In this document: piece by piece, positions 9,601 through 20,553 of the stretch
Numbering within the stretch: the first letter of the stretch is position 1
Layout: each line of letters begins with the position of its first letter
NCBI GenBank assembly: GCA_030680175.1
Contig: JAUXWO010000113.1
Coordinates: forward strand, 10,082 to 74,081
Source: Vicinamibacterales bacterium
GTDB lineage: Bacteria; Acidobacteriota; Vicinamibacteria; Vicinamibacterales; UBA2999
Length of the DNA: 64,000 nucleotides
Direction of reading: 5' to 3'
Notes under the pieces: generated by a model
The model's input: the letters and a program-made list of their open reading frames with translations, nothing else
Databases searched by the model: none
What the model was told of the DNA's origin: nothing
Translations under genes and position numbers: made by a program

Positions 9601-10401
9601 CTACAGAATTCGCACATCCGCCCAGATCCCCATCGCGCACATCCGGACGTAGAGGTCGGCGAAGGCGACCATGAACAAACTGATCCACGCCCAGCGCATG
9701 TGGGCGCGGTTGAACTTGCCGGCGACGTTGTAGCAGGTGTGGCGGGCGGGCGATCCCGACAGGCAGTCGACGCCGCCGCCGACCAGGTGCCTGAACGAGT
9801 GGCACCCGAACGTGTAGCTGCCGAGGCACACGACGTTGGCCGCCAGCACCACGGTGCCGGCGCCGATGCCGAACTCCGTGGCGCCGGTCGCCGGATTCGC
9901 AAACCACATCGCGTTCCACACGTCATAGGCCAGGATCGGCAGGAACAGCAGCGCCAGGTAGAGGAAGTAGCGGTGCACGTTCTGGAGGATGAGCGGCATC
10001 CCCGCCTCGCCGCAGTAGCGCTTGCGCGGCTCGCCGACCGTGCACGAGAGCGGGTCGGCCCAGAACGCCTTGTAGTAGGCGCCGCGGTAGTAGTAGCAGG
10101 TGAAACGGAAGCCGCCGGGCGCCCACAGGATGAGGATTGCGGGGGAGAACGGCAGCCACAGCGGCCACCATCCGGGCTTGGGACCGAAGATCGCGTGCGG
10201 GGAATCGCCGAAGAGCTCCGGCGAGTAGAACGGCGACAGATACCCGCCGTGCGAGTAGTGCACGCCCTGCAGCGCGGCCCACGTCGCGTACACGGCGAAG
10301 CTGCCGAGTACGACGAACACGACCAGCGGCTCCACCCACCAGGCGTCGCGTCGGGCCGTCACCCCGAACGGACGGCGACCGAGCACCTGCACGTCAGCCA
10401 T
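9601..10401 (-). CDS. Succinate dehydrogenase membrane anchor, mycobacterial Sdh1 (Rv0249c-like) type
   Basis: Multi-TM protein with YLSPFYSP, FRFTCYYYR, QNVHRY, GCHSFRH and HMRWAW motifs; first gene of the sdh operon. Confidence 0.85.
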   Translation of the reverse strand: MADVQVLGRRPFGVTARRDAWWVEPLVVFVVLGSFAVYATWAALQGVHYSHGGYLSPFYSPELFGDSPHAIFGPKPGWWPLWLPFSPAILILWAPGGFRFTCYYYRGAYYKAFWADPLSCTVGEPRKRYCGEAGMPLILQNVHRYFLYLALLFLPILAYDVWNAMWFANPATGATEFGIGAGTVVLAANVVCLGSYTFGCHSFRHLVGGGVDCLSGSPARHTCYNVAGKFNRAHMRWAWISLFMVAFADLYVRMCAMGIWADVRIL

Positions 10402-10590
10402 AAAGGCCCCCCACTCTGCCGTCGACGAGCGAACGCGCGAGTTCCGGGATTACGTGGCCCGAGTTGTCTGGCCGCTCCGCCGTCCGTCGGGGTCCGGCGC
10501 CACGCGCGGAGAACGGCGCGGGTCGCGGACCGGTTCGGGGCCACGCGGTATCGGCAATTGCGGGTAGTAAAGACTAGGCGGGGCGAGAAG

Positions 10591-11798
<1,208 letters not shown>

Positions 11799-11802
<4 letters not shown>

Positions 11803-12593
11803 TCGTAGAAGCGCAGGGGCCGGCGGGCGGGGGCCAGCGCCAGCTCGACGGCGAGCTCGTGGAAGCGCTCGAGCCCGGCCCGTTCGGCCTCGCCCAATCC
11901 GAACTTCAGAGTATCACGCAGGTAGCGGCGCGCCTGATCGGTCCGCGCCGCGTCCCCCGCCCCGTACGCCGCGGCCATCGCGTCGATGTCACGCTCGCCG
12001 GCGGCCCGCGCCTCGTTGAGCGCGGCAACGTGCGCCGGGGTGGCGGCGCCCTCCCGGCCGGTCCACATCGCGTAGACGAACGGCAGGCCCGTCAGCGCCT
12101 GCCAGGCCGCGCCGAGGTCGGTCTTCTCCAGCCCCGCGGCCTCGGCGTCGAGGTGGAGCGCCGGGTCGCCAATCAGCAGCGCCGCGTCCGCGCGGGCCAG
12201 CATCCCGTCGAGCCCCGCCGCCCCCTCGATGAAGGCGGGCGCGATGCCGAAGTGGCGCGCGCAGAGAATCCGCGTGAGCGCGGCGGACGTCCGCGAGCTC
12301 GTGTCGAGCGCCAGCGTGCGCACGCGTGCGAGCGGCGTCTTCGAGAAGATGGCCACGGAGACCACCGGCCCGTCGGACCCGATGGCCACCCCGGGCACGA
12401 TCCGGTAGTCGTCGCCCCGCAGGTACTCGATGGCCGGAATCAGCCCCACGTCGACGGCGCCCGCGTGCAGCAGCGCGGCGCACTGCGAGGGGACATCGAA
12501 CCGCACGTCGAACAGATCAGGGCGCGCGTCGAGGCCATGGACGAGCGGCTTCGTGTTCAGGTAGGAGACCGCGCCCAGCCGGACCGGGGTCAT
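11799..12593 (-). CDS. mqnA: Chorismate dehydratase
   Basis: RLGAVSYLNTKPL, SRTSAAL, LLIGDPAL, WQALTGLPFVYAMW; start ATG 12593 overlaps the upstream stop. Confidence 0.92.
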
Positions 12594-13510
12594 CGATCGA
12601 GCCGGCCGTACCGGCCGTCGCGTTCCACGGGCCGCAGCCCGGCAGCCTCGACGTTGCGGCGAATCTCCTCGACCGCCGCGCGCCGGCGCCCCTGGGTCTC
12701 GTCGTCGAACGGCGACACGCTGTCGAGGTCGTCGGCGCCGAAGGTGAGGGCGACCTGCGCCAGCTTGGGGCCATAGAGCACCCAGTCGACCTGAATGGCC
12801 GGCACCGACTCCAGCGCGAGTCGCGCCAGCGCGACGAAGCGGACGTCGTCGTAGCCGGTGGTCGGCAGGGCGTCCGGCACCTCGCGCGGCAGCGGCGCGC
12901 ACGCCTGGAGGGCCCCGGTGGCGTCCTGCAGCGCACGGATCCGGAGCAGCAGATCGACGCGGCCGGTCGCGGGCACCGGCGCGGCGACGGTCACGCGCGG
13001 CACCAGTACACCCGCCTCGAGCAGCGGCCGCACGGCGGCGGGCAGGTCGAGAATCCGGTCCGCCGGCACATCGGCCACCGCATCGAGTCCGGCCGCCTTG
13101 AGCGCGGCCGCCACGTCGCCGAGGTCGCCCCAGCCCTCGATGGCACGCGCCACCAGATCGGCCAGCGAGAACCCGCTGACCGTGCGCGTGCCCGCCGCCG
13201 CGCGAGCGGCGGTGACGGCCGCCACGGTGGCCTCGAGCGTCGGCGGCAGGCCCTGCAGCCGCACCTCGGTGGCGCCCTCCGGCACCTCGAGCGGCGCGTC
13301 GCCGAGCGTCGCCGTCTCGACATCCAGCACACGCACGTAGGTGGCCGCCGTGCCCGCCTTCACCCGGCGCGCATCGTCGGCCAGCGCCCCGAGCGCCAGG
13401 ATGTCGCCCACGGCGGCGAGCAAGGCCAGGTCGGCCTCCGACAACCGGGCGCCGGCGGCGGCGCGCGCCGCGAGGTCCTGGTCGATTGGCGATGTCACGT
13501 CACTGCCCAT
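12590..13510 (-). CDS. MqnE/CofH-like TIM-barrel protein lacking the radical SAM CxxxCxxC motif
   Basis: LGALADDARR, RIRALQDATG, TTGYDDVRFVALARL, QVALTFGADDLD, AGLRPVERDGRY resemble MqnE/MqnC; only one Cys from the ATG at 13510. Confidence 0.8.
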   Translation of the reverse strand: MGSDVTSPIDQDLAARAAAGARLSEADLALLAAVGDILALGALADDARRVKAGTAATYVRVLDVETATLGDAPLEVPEGATEVRLQGLPPTLEATVAAVTAARAAAGTRTVSGFSLADLVARAIEGWGDLGDVAAALKAAGLDAVADVPADRILDLPAAVRPLLEAGVLVPRVTVAAPVPATGRVDLLLRIRALQDATGALQACAPLPREVPDALPTTGYDDVRFVALARLALESVPAIQVDWVLYGPKLAQVALTFGADDLDSVSPFDDETQGRRRAAVEEIRRNVEAAGLRPVERDGRYGRLDR

Positions 13511-14438
13511 GCTGCATCTGCTCCACGATCTCGGCGGCCAACGCCAGCGCGGCGCGGCCATCCTCGCCGGGCACGGCGGGCGGCCGCCCCTCGCGCACGG
13601 CGGCCACGAAGTCCTCGAGTTCACGCCGCAGCGGTTCTTCGCGCGGCACTTCGAGCTTGCCCCCTTCGATGGACGGCACGCCGCCGTCGGCGCGCACCAG
13701 GCGCCAGACCTCCACCTCCTGCGCCGCGTAGTCGATGGAGACGTAGGCGGCCTGCTGGAAGAAGCGGATCTTCCGGACCCGGTCGCGGCTGATCCGGCTG
13801 GCGGTCAGGTTCGCGATGGCCCCGCCCTTGAAGCGGAGCCGCGCATTGGCGATGTCGACCCGGCCGGTGAGCACGGGCACGCCGACCGCATCGATGCTCA
13901 CGACCTCGTCACCGACGAGCGACATCACGAGGTCGAGGTCGTGGATCATCAGATCGAACACGACATCGATGTCGAGGCTCCGCTCGGGAAACGTGCCGAG
14001 GCGGTGCACCTCGATGAAGCGGGGATCCCGAATCAGCGGCCGCGCCACGGCCACGGCGGGATTGAAGCGCTCGGTGTGCCCGGCCGCCAGCACCACGCCG
14101 CGCGCGCGCGCGGCCTCGACGAGGCGGTCGGCTTCGGCCACCGTCCGCGCCAGGGGTTTCTCGACGAGCGCCGACACGCCCTGCTCGAGAAACGGCAGCG
14201 CCACCTCCAGGTGCGCCTCGGTCGGCACGGCGACGGAGACGGCCTGCACGCGATCGAGGACGGCCCGGGCGTCCGTGAAGGCCGGCACTCCGTGTTCGGC
14301 GGCGATCGCCGACGCGCGGGCCTCGTCGATGTCCACCACCCCGATCAATTCGACCTCGGGCATCGAGGCCAGGATCCGGGCGTGATGCCTGCCGAGATGT
14401 CCGACCCCGATGACCGCGATGCGCAGCCGGTCGCTCAC
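13500..14438 (-). CDS. Gfo/Idh/MocA oxidoreductase (GnnA-like UDP-GlcNAc 3-dehydrogenase)
   Basis: [36 protein letters not shown]; directly after lpxA-lpxI. Confidence 0.85.
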   Translation of the reverse strand: MSDRLRIAVIGVGHLGRHHARILASMPEVELIGVVDIDEARASAIAAEHGVPAFTDARAVLDRVQAVSVAVPTEAHLEVALPFLEQGVSALVEKPLARTVAEADRLVEAARARGVVLAAGHTERFNPAVAVARPLIRDPRFIEVHRLGTFPERSLDIDVVFDLMIHDLDLVMSLVGDEVVSIDAVGVPVLTGRVDIANARLRFKGGAIANLTASRISRDRVRKIRFFQQAAYVSIDYAAQEVEVWRLVRADGGVPSIEGGKLEVPREEPLRRELEDFVAAVREGRPPAVPGEDGRAALALAAEIVEQMQHGQ

Positions 14439-15256
14439 GCGATCTCCCTTCCAACGATCGTCATGCCCGCCTCGTTCGCCGCGGCGAGCAGCGCGTCACG
14501 GTCGAAGATCAACGCGCGACCCGCATCCACCGACAGCGCCGTGGCGCCGGCCGCGCGCATCGCCTGGATCGTGGCCAGCCCCACCACCGGCACATCGAAG
14601 CGCATGTCCTGGCCGGGCTTGGCCACCTTGACGATCGCCACGCCGCTGCCGGCCAGCGCCCCGGCCCGGGCGATGACCTCGTCGGTGCCCTCCATGGCCT
14701 CGACGGCCACGACGGCCTGGTGCTTGACGGCAATCGTCTGGCCGATGTCGAGCCCGGCGATCACGTCCGCCATCTGATAGCCGAACGCGAAGTCCCGCTG
14801 CTCCTCTTCGGAAGGCGCGCGCGTCGTCATGACCCCCGGCGCGGCCAGCAGCGGCCGCAGAAACTCGGTGGAATCGAGCAGGGTCACGCCGTGATCGCGC
14901 ATCACGTCGGCGACGGCGGCGATCAGGGCATCGGTGTTGCGCGACCGGAGCCGGGTCAGCACCGACAACAGCGTGAGGTCGGGGACGACCCCGCCGAAGA
15001 TCTTCGTGTGCTTGACCTGGCCGGCCATGACGGCGTGGGCCACGCCGGCGCCCGCGAAGATCTCGAGGCACTTCCCCAGCTGCCCGAGCGAGATCCAGTG
15101 CACCGCGGCGGGGGGCGGGCCGGCGGCGGCCGCCTCGAGGTCGGCGAACGCCTCTTCCTTCACCGCCACGATCGTCACCTCGTGGCCGAGGGCGCGCGCG
15201 GCGTCCAGCACGAGGAACGGGAAGCGGCCGTTGCCCGCGATGAGGCCCAGTTTCAT
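14435..15256 (-). CDS. lpxI: UDP-2,3-diacylglucosamine diphosphatase LpxI
   Basis: [36 protein letters not shown]. Confidence 0.92.
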   Translation of the reverse strand: MKLGLIAGNGRFPFLVLDAARALGHEVTIVAVKEEAFADLEAAAAGPPPAAVHWISLGQLGKCLEIFAGAGVAHAVMAGQVKHTKIFGGVVPDLTLLSVLTRLRSRNTDALIAAVADVMRDHGVTLLDSTEFLRPLLAAPGVMTTRAPSEEEQRDFAFGYQMADVIAGLDIGQTIAVKHQAVVAVEAMEGTDEVIARAGALAGSGVAIVKVAKPGQDMRFDVPVVGLATIQAMRAAGATALSVDAGRALIFDRDALLAAANEAGMTIVGREIA

Positions 15257-15263
15257 GTCAGCG

Positions 15264-16514
15264 TCAGGCGTCCTCGGCCGCGTCGTCGGTGCGGCGGCCG
15301 GGCCGTCGCAGGATCACGCCCCGCTGCGAACTCCGGATGAAGTCGACGAGGTACGCCACTTCGGGCGCGGCCAGGCGCGGATCCTGCTCGATTTCCTGCA
15401 GGGCGCGGGCCGCGCTCAGCCGCGAGACCAGCAGCAGCCGGAACGCGCGCTTCAACTGGCCCACGAGCGCGACCGAGAAGCCCCGGCGGATCAGGCCGAT
15501 CGAGTTCAGGCCGTACATCCGCGCGCGGTTGCCCACGGTCCGCGCGTACGGCAGCGCATCCTTCGTCACGACCGAGTAGCCCCCGATGAAGGCATGACGG
15601 CCGACGCGGCAGAACTGGTGCACGCCCGAGTAGGCGCTGATGGTGGCGTAGTCGTCCACGGCGACGTGGCCGCCGAGCGTGGCGGCGTTGCCGAAGATCG
15701 TGTGGCTGCCGATGTGGCAGTCGTGCGCGACGTGCGCGTAGGCCATGAAGAGGTTGTGGTCGCCGATCGACGTCACGCCGCCCCCGCCCTGCGTGCCGCG
15801 ATGAATGGTGACGAACTCGCGGAAGATGTTGTGGTGGCCGATCTCCAGGCGCGTCGACTCGCCGCGGAACTTCAGGTCCTGCGGCGCGAGTCCGATCGAG
15901 GCCGACGGGAAGATCACGGTGTCGTCGCCGATCGTCGTATCACCGTCGATCACCGCGGAGGCGCCCACCTGGCACCGGCGGCCGAGCACCACCTTCGGCC
16001 CGATGACGGCAAACGGGCCGACGGTCGTGCCCTCCCCGAGCCGCGCGTCCGGGTGGACGCTCGCCATCGGATGCACATCCACCGGATCCGGCGTCACGGT
16101 CAGGACGAGTTCGGCTTCGGCCACCGCCTGCCCGGCGACATCCGCGTGCGCCCGGGCCCGGACGATGCCCCCGCGTTCCCGGTCGAGCGTCACCTCGAGG
16201 CGCAGCCGGTCACCCGGCACCACCTGCCGGCGGAACTTCGCCTGCTCCACGCCCCGTAACACCACGCGGGAGCGGGACCCGCCCTCACGCTCGATCACCA
16301 GGAGCGTCGCCACCTGCGTGAGGGCCTCGATCATCAGCACCCCGGGCATGAGCGGCGTGCCGGGGAAATGCCCCTGGAAGAACTCCTCGTTTACCGTCAC
16401 GTTCTTCACCGCGACCATGCGGACGCCCGGCTCGTGCTCCGCGACCGCATCCACGAGCAGGGACGGGTAGCGGTGGCAGAGGCGGTCCAGCGTGGACGGG
16501 ATGGAAGTGGACAA
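15264..16514 (-). CDS. lpxA: FabZ (3-hydroxyacyl-ACP dehydratase)-LpxA (UDP-GlcNAc acyltransferase) fusion
   Basis: N-terminal HRYPSLLVD...[21 protein letters not shown] (FabZ) in frame with hexapeptide repeats, PQDLKF and HVAHDC (LpxA); start uncertain (TTG 16514). Confidence 0.88.
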   Translation of the reverse strand: MSTSIPSTLDRLCHRYPSLLVDAVAEHEPGVRMVAVKNVTVNEEFFQGHFPGTPLMPGVLMIEALTQVATLLVIEREGGSRSRVVLRGVEQAKFRRQVVPGDRLRLEVTLDRERGGIVRARAHADVAGQAVAEAELVLTVTPDPVDVHPMASVHPDARLGEGTTVGPFAVIGPKVVLGRRCQVGASAVIDGDTTIGDDTVIFPSASIGLAPQDLKFRGESTRLEIGHHNIFREFVTIHRGTQGGGGVTSIGDHNLFMAYAHVAHDCHIGSHTIFGNAATLGGHVAVDDYATISAYSGVHQFCRVGRHAFIGGYSVVTKDALPYARTVGNRARMYGLNSIGLIRRGFSVALVGQLKRAFRLLLVSRLSAARALQEIEQDPRLAAPEVAYLVDFIRSSQRGVILRRPGRRTDDAAEDA

Positions 16515-16646
16515 GATGGACAACCGGAGTTCGGGGACGGGACGGGCGGCACCGCGCCCGCGTGAGAGGGCCGGGAGCCACCCAGCCTGCCATGGCAGGC
16601 CGGCCGGACTCCCGGGCATTCTACACGTGAGGGCGGGCCGTTGCCG

Positions 16647-17249
16647 CTATTCCTGCGGCGGGGTCTTGCGCATCTCGTCGAGCTTCCGGATGACGTCGAC
16701 GCTGATGTCGAGCGAGACATCCGCCCAGACGAGGCCGGAATCCGGGCCGTTGAAGATGAAGTGGAGGTTCTTGTCCCGGGCCACGGCCTCGATCACGGGG
16801 ATCAGGCGCTCCTGGAACTCGTCCTGCAGCGTCTGCTGCAGGGCCTGCACTTCGGCCTGGGCGTCCTGCGTGGCCCGTTCGAGATCCACCTGCGCGCGCT
16901 CAATCTGCCGCTGCATGTCGGCCTGAGCGGTTGCGCTCATCACGGCGCCGCCCTGCTCCAGCTTCGCCTGCAGGCCCTGGAGGTTCTTCTGCCGCTCGCT
17001 CAGTTCGCCGACGCGCTGCTGCTGCAGCGCCTGCACCTTGCCCGAGGCCTCGCGGCCTTCCACCGACTCGGCGGCGATGCGCTGGAGCACGATGTAGGCA
17101 ATCTTCGAGCCTTCCGGGAAGGGGCGCGGCGGTTCGGGGGCGGGCGCAGCCGGGGGCTGGGCCGGCGCCGGCGCCGCGGGCGTCTGCGCTGCGACGGGCA
17201 CGGCCGCCAGTGTCACCACCAGCAGTGCGACAAGAACGAGACCTCTCAT
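16647..17249 (-). CDS. skp: OmpH/Skp periplasmic chaperone
   Basis: Signal peptide, KIAYIVLQRI, coiled coil, DISVDVIRKLD; between bamA and lpxA. Confidence 0.88.
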   Translation of the reverse strand: MRGLVLVALLVVTLAAVPVAAQTPAAPAPAQPPAAPAPEPPRPFPEGSKIAYIVLQRIAAESVEGREASGKVQALQQQRVGELSERQKNLQGLQAKLEQGGAVMSATAQADMQRQIERAQVDLERATQDAQAEVQALQQTLQDEFQERLIPVIEAVARDKNLHFIFNGPDSGLVWADVSLDISVDVIRKLDEMRKTPPQE

Positions 17250-17345
17250 TACGGTGAATCCTTTCGTCTGCAACGACAGCCTGACATATTACACTGGTTT
17301 CGCCCCCGCGTCACCGGCGGTACACACGCCGGGCACGGGCGCGGC

Positions 17346-17777
17346 CTATGGGTGCACGAGCTGAATCGAGAACGAGACCGCGCCCGGCAGCCCGCCGTTC
17401 GCGTCGTACACCCGGACGCACAGGCTGCCCGCCGAGGCGACACGGCCGGTCACGACCACGCCCTGCGTGGCCCTGTCGTCGGCGATGATCACCTGGCACG
17501 ACGCCCCGTTCCAGGTCCCGAGCGCCAGGCCCACGATCGCTTCGGGGTCGGGCTCGAGCGCCACGAGCGTCGCCTGCACCGTGCCGAAGCTGAAGGTGAG
17601 GAAGGGGTGGGTGAACGCCCCGTTCGGCATGATGGACCCCTCCACGACGACGGTGGTCGGGTCGGGAATCACCACGGGCGTCGGGTCGAAGGTGGTGTCG
17701 CGCTTGCACCCCGCGGCCGTCACCGCCAGTAGTACGACCAGAAGCGAGCAGAGCGGCGACGACGTCATTCTGAACAT
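17346..17777 (-). CDS. Hypothetical lipoprotein
   Basis: Hydrophobic leader ending in TAAGC lipobox, followed by a small beta-rich domain. Confidence 0.7.
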   Translation of the reverse strand: MFRMTSSPLCSLLVVLLAVTAAGCKRDTTFDPTPVVIPDPTTVVVEGSIMPNGAFTHPFLTFSFGTVQATLVALEPDPEAIVGLALGTWNGASCQVIIADDRATQGVVVTGRVASAGSLCVRVYDANGGLPGAVSFSIQLVHP

Positions 17778-17798
17778 GCACTATCCTCGAAACGGCGG

Positions 17799-20453
17799 CT
17801 AGAACGTCGATCCGACCGCGAAGCGGAAGACGAAATTCTTCGACGGCTGGAAGTTGTTGTCGAGCACGCCGTCTCGGCTCGGATTCATCGCGAAGATCAA
17901 ACGGAACGGCACGTTCAGCACGGGCATGAAGAACCGGATCTCCGCGCCCGTGGAGGTCTTGAACGCCTGTCGCTGGCCCCGCACCACGCGCTCGGGCGGC
18001 GGGGCGTTGGGATTGGTGAGCTGCGTGAACGCGAACGGATCGAACAGGATCGGCGCCGACGGGCTGACGAACTCGATGATGTCCTCTTTCATCCCGAACT
18101 TCTCGCCGAGGTCGCGGACCTGGCCGGCGTCGAAGAACAGCACCAGCCGCACGGGGCCGGCAATCGAAATCAGGTACTCGGCGTTGAAGAGCAGGCTCTT
18201 GTTGCCCCCGAGGACCAGGCCGCTCTCCGGGTCGCGCGGGCCGACGCTGCGCAGGTCGAAGCCGCGGATGCTGTACTCGCCGCCGAGGAACAACTGCTCG
18301 AAAATCGGCAGGCGCTCGGTGGATCCGTACGGCCGGATGTACTGGAACTGGAACCGCGTGCCGAACGTCGTGCGCGGCGTCATGCGGAAGTAGCCGACGG
18401 CCTCGACCGAGGGCTTGACGAAATACGTGTTGCCGCCCGGCCCGGCGTAGTCGACCGACATCTGCAGGCGCCTGCCGGTATTCGGGAAGATCGGATTGTC
18501 GACGGTGTTGAAGACGAAGCTCGGCACGATCTTGCTGATCGTCCGCTTGCCGCCGGCCCCGATGAGCAGCGAGTCGCGCAGGAACGGATTGCGCTGCAGG
18601 AGCTCCGGGCTCTGATAGGCCGGATTCAGGTCCTTCACGCTCACCTGCTCGTGGCTGTAGGTCACGAACATGCGCGAGAAGTCGCGCACCGGGAAGCCCA
18701 TCAGGAGGTTGCCGCCCATCGACGACTGCGTGAACTGCCCGATGTACCGCAGCTCGCGCTTGAAGACGTCCACGCCGCCCGTGATGTTCCGGTCGAACAG
18801 GAACGGCTCGGTGAACGCCACCTGGTAGTTCTGCGCGCGCGACCCGCCCTGCAGCGACACCGTCAGGCTCTCACCGCGGCCGAGGAAGTTGGCCGTCTGG
18901 AACGACAGCTGCCCGAAGAAGCCCTCGAACTGAGACACGCCCGCGCCGAACGTGAGCTGGTTGCGGTTCTGCTCCTGCAGCTTCATCGTCACGTCGACGT
19001 TGTTGGCCACATCGGGCGTCTTGTCGACCTGGATGTCCTGCCCGCCCTCGAGCTGCTGGAAGTACCCGAGCTGGTTCAGGCGGCGGATGCTGTACTTGAG
19101 CGCCTCGGTGTTGAACACGCCCCCCTCGACGAGCCGCAGCTCGCGGCGGACCACCGTGTCGCGCGTCGTGGTGTTCCCGGTGAAGGTGATGCGGTTGACG
19201 AAGTACTGCCCGCCCTCCTGCATCTGCATCGTGACGTTGACGGTCGGCTGCGCCGGCCCGGCCATCGGCCCAGCCGCGGCGGCCTCCGGCGCGAGGTCCG
19301 GGTACCCGGTGAACTCGAAGTACCCGCCCTGCCCGTAGAGCTCGCGCGCCTTCTCGAGTCCGTCACGAATCCGCTTCTCGCTGTACCAGTCGCCCGTCTT
19401 CAGCTTGAAGAGCGGCCGCAGGAACTGATCCTCGACGATGGTGTTGCCGGCGAAGGCGAACTCGCCGACGCGGTAGCGCGGGCCCTCGCTGACCGGCACG
19501 ACCAGCCGCACCCACCGCGTCTTGCCGTCGGGCGAATCGCTGAGGCGCTCGATTTGCGGCTGCCCGATGGTCGTCTCGATATACCCCCGGTTCCGGTAGT
19601 GTTCGACCAGCCGGTCGGCGTCCTCGTCGAACTTCGCTTCCTGAAACGTGCCGCGCCCGGTCATCCACGACAGGAACCAGTGGGCCTTCGTGTCCTTCAT
19701 CCGGCGGCGCAGCGCGCCGTCGCTCATCGCCTCGTTGCCGGTGAAGTCCACGGTGCGGATCCGCACCTTGGGCCCCTCTTCGACGTGGAAGACCACCTTC
19801 ACCAGCTTCGGCCCGCCCGGGAGCGGCTCGATGGACGTCGTGATCTCGGCGTCCTGATAGCCCTTCTCGGCCATCATGTTCTGCACGAGGCCGCGCACCC
19901 GGCGCACGGCGCCCTCGTCGAGGAACGAGTCGAGCCGCAGCGCAATGCCGAGCTCGCGCATCTTCTCGTCGATCTTCGTCCGCTCGACCTTGGTCGATCC
20001 GGTGTAGTCGACGATCTTGATGCGCGACCGCTCTTCCATGTTGAAGATGACGCGCTTGCCCATCACGCCGTTGTCATACGGCGCGTCCTCGACCTCGATC
20101 CACAGGTTGTCGAGGAAGCTCGTCGCCCAGAGCCGCTTGAAGTCGGCCAGGAGCGACGCCTCGGTCGCGTCGTTGAAGGGCACCCAGACGCCGTCGAGCG
20201 ACCGGCTCGGCTGGGTCTGGATGTAGTAGAGGTAGGTCTGCGGCTCGATCAGCGACACGTTCTCGGGATGGAACCGCAACTCCATGAACCGCAGCAGCGG
20301 CCCGGAATCCGCGGGCGGCAGCGGCAGCGGCGGCTGCGCGTCCATCGCGGCCGCGGCGGCGCCCGGCGCCGGCTCGTCGGCCACGGCGGGCGCCCCCAGC
20401 GCGAGCACGGCAAGGGCCACAAACAGGGTCAGTCGGTACACAATCCTCATCAT
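17799..20453 (-). CDS. bamA: Outer membrane protein assembly factor BamA
   Basis: POTRA repeats (FTGNTTTRDTVVRRE), IRGF motif, C-terminal Phe. Confidence 0.94.
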   Translation of the reverse strand: MMRIVYRLTLFVALAVLALGAPAVADEPAPGAAAAAMDAQPPLPLPPADSGPLLRFMELRFHPENVSLIEPQTYLYYIQTQPSRSLDGVWVPFNDATEASLLADFKRLWATSFLDNLWIEVEDAPYDNGVMGKRVIFNMEERSRIKIVDYTGSTKVERTKIDEKMRELGIALRLDSFLDEGAVRRVRGLVQNMMAEKGYQDAEITTSIEPLPGGPKLVKVVFHVEEGPKVRIRTVDFTGNEAMSDGALRRRMKDTKAHWFLSWMTGRGTFQEAKFDEDADRLVEHYRNRGYIETTIGQPQIERLSDSPDGKTRWVRLVVPVSEGPRYRVGEFAFAGNTIVEDQFLRPLFKLKTGDWYSEKRIRDGLEKARELYGQGGYFEFTGYPDLAPEAAAAGPMAGPAQPTVNVTMQMQEGGQYFVNRITFTGNTTTRDTVVRRELRLVEGGVFNTEALKYSIRRLNQLGYFQQLEGGQDIQVDKTPDVANNVDVTMKLQEQNRNQLTFGAGVSQFEGFFGQLSFQTANFLGRGESLTVSLQGGSRAQNYQVAFTEPFLFDRNITGGVDVFKRELRYIGQFTQSSMGGNLLMGFPVRDFSRMFVTYSHEQVSVKDLNPAYQSPELLQRNPFLRDSLLIGAGGKRTISKIVPSFVFNTVDNPIFPNTGRRLQMSVDYAGPGGNTYFVKPSVEAVGYFRMTPRTTFGTRFQFQYIRPYGSTERLPIFEQLFLGGEYSIRGFDLRSVGPRDPESGLVLGGNKSLLFNAEYLISIAGPVRLVLFFDAGQVRDLGEKFGMKEDIIEFVSPSAPILFDPFAFTQLTNPNAPPPERVVRGQRQAFKTSTGAEIRFFMPVLNVPFRLIFAMNPSRDGVLDNNFQPSKNFVFRFAVGSTF

Positions 20454-20553
20454 TCGCTTCCGGAAGGGCGCTGGCGTGCGCGGCCCCAGTCGTCAGGCCG
20501 GCCCGCCCGGCGGACCGGCGCACACGCCCCGGAACCTCGCGATCTTACAAAAC

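Noticed and set aside
10402-10590. Possible riboswitch in the sdh leader
   Set aside because: No recognisable aptamer consensus or convincing terminator by eye; an Rfam scan would be needed
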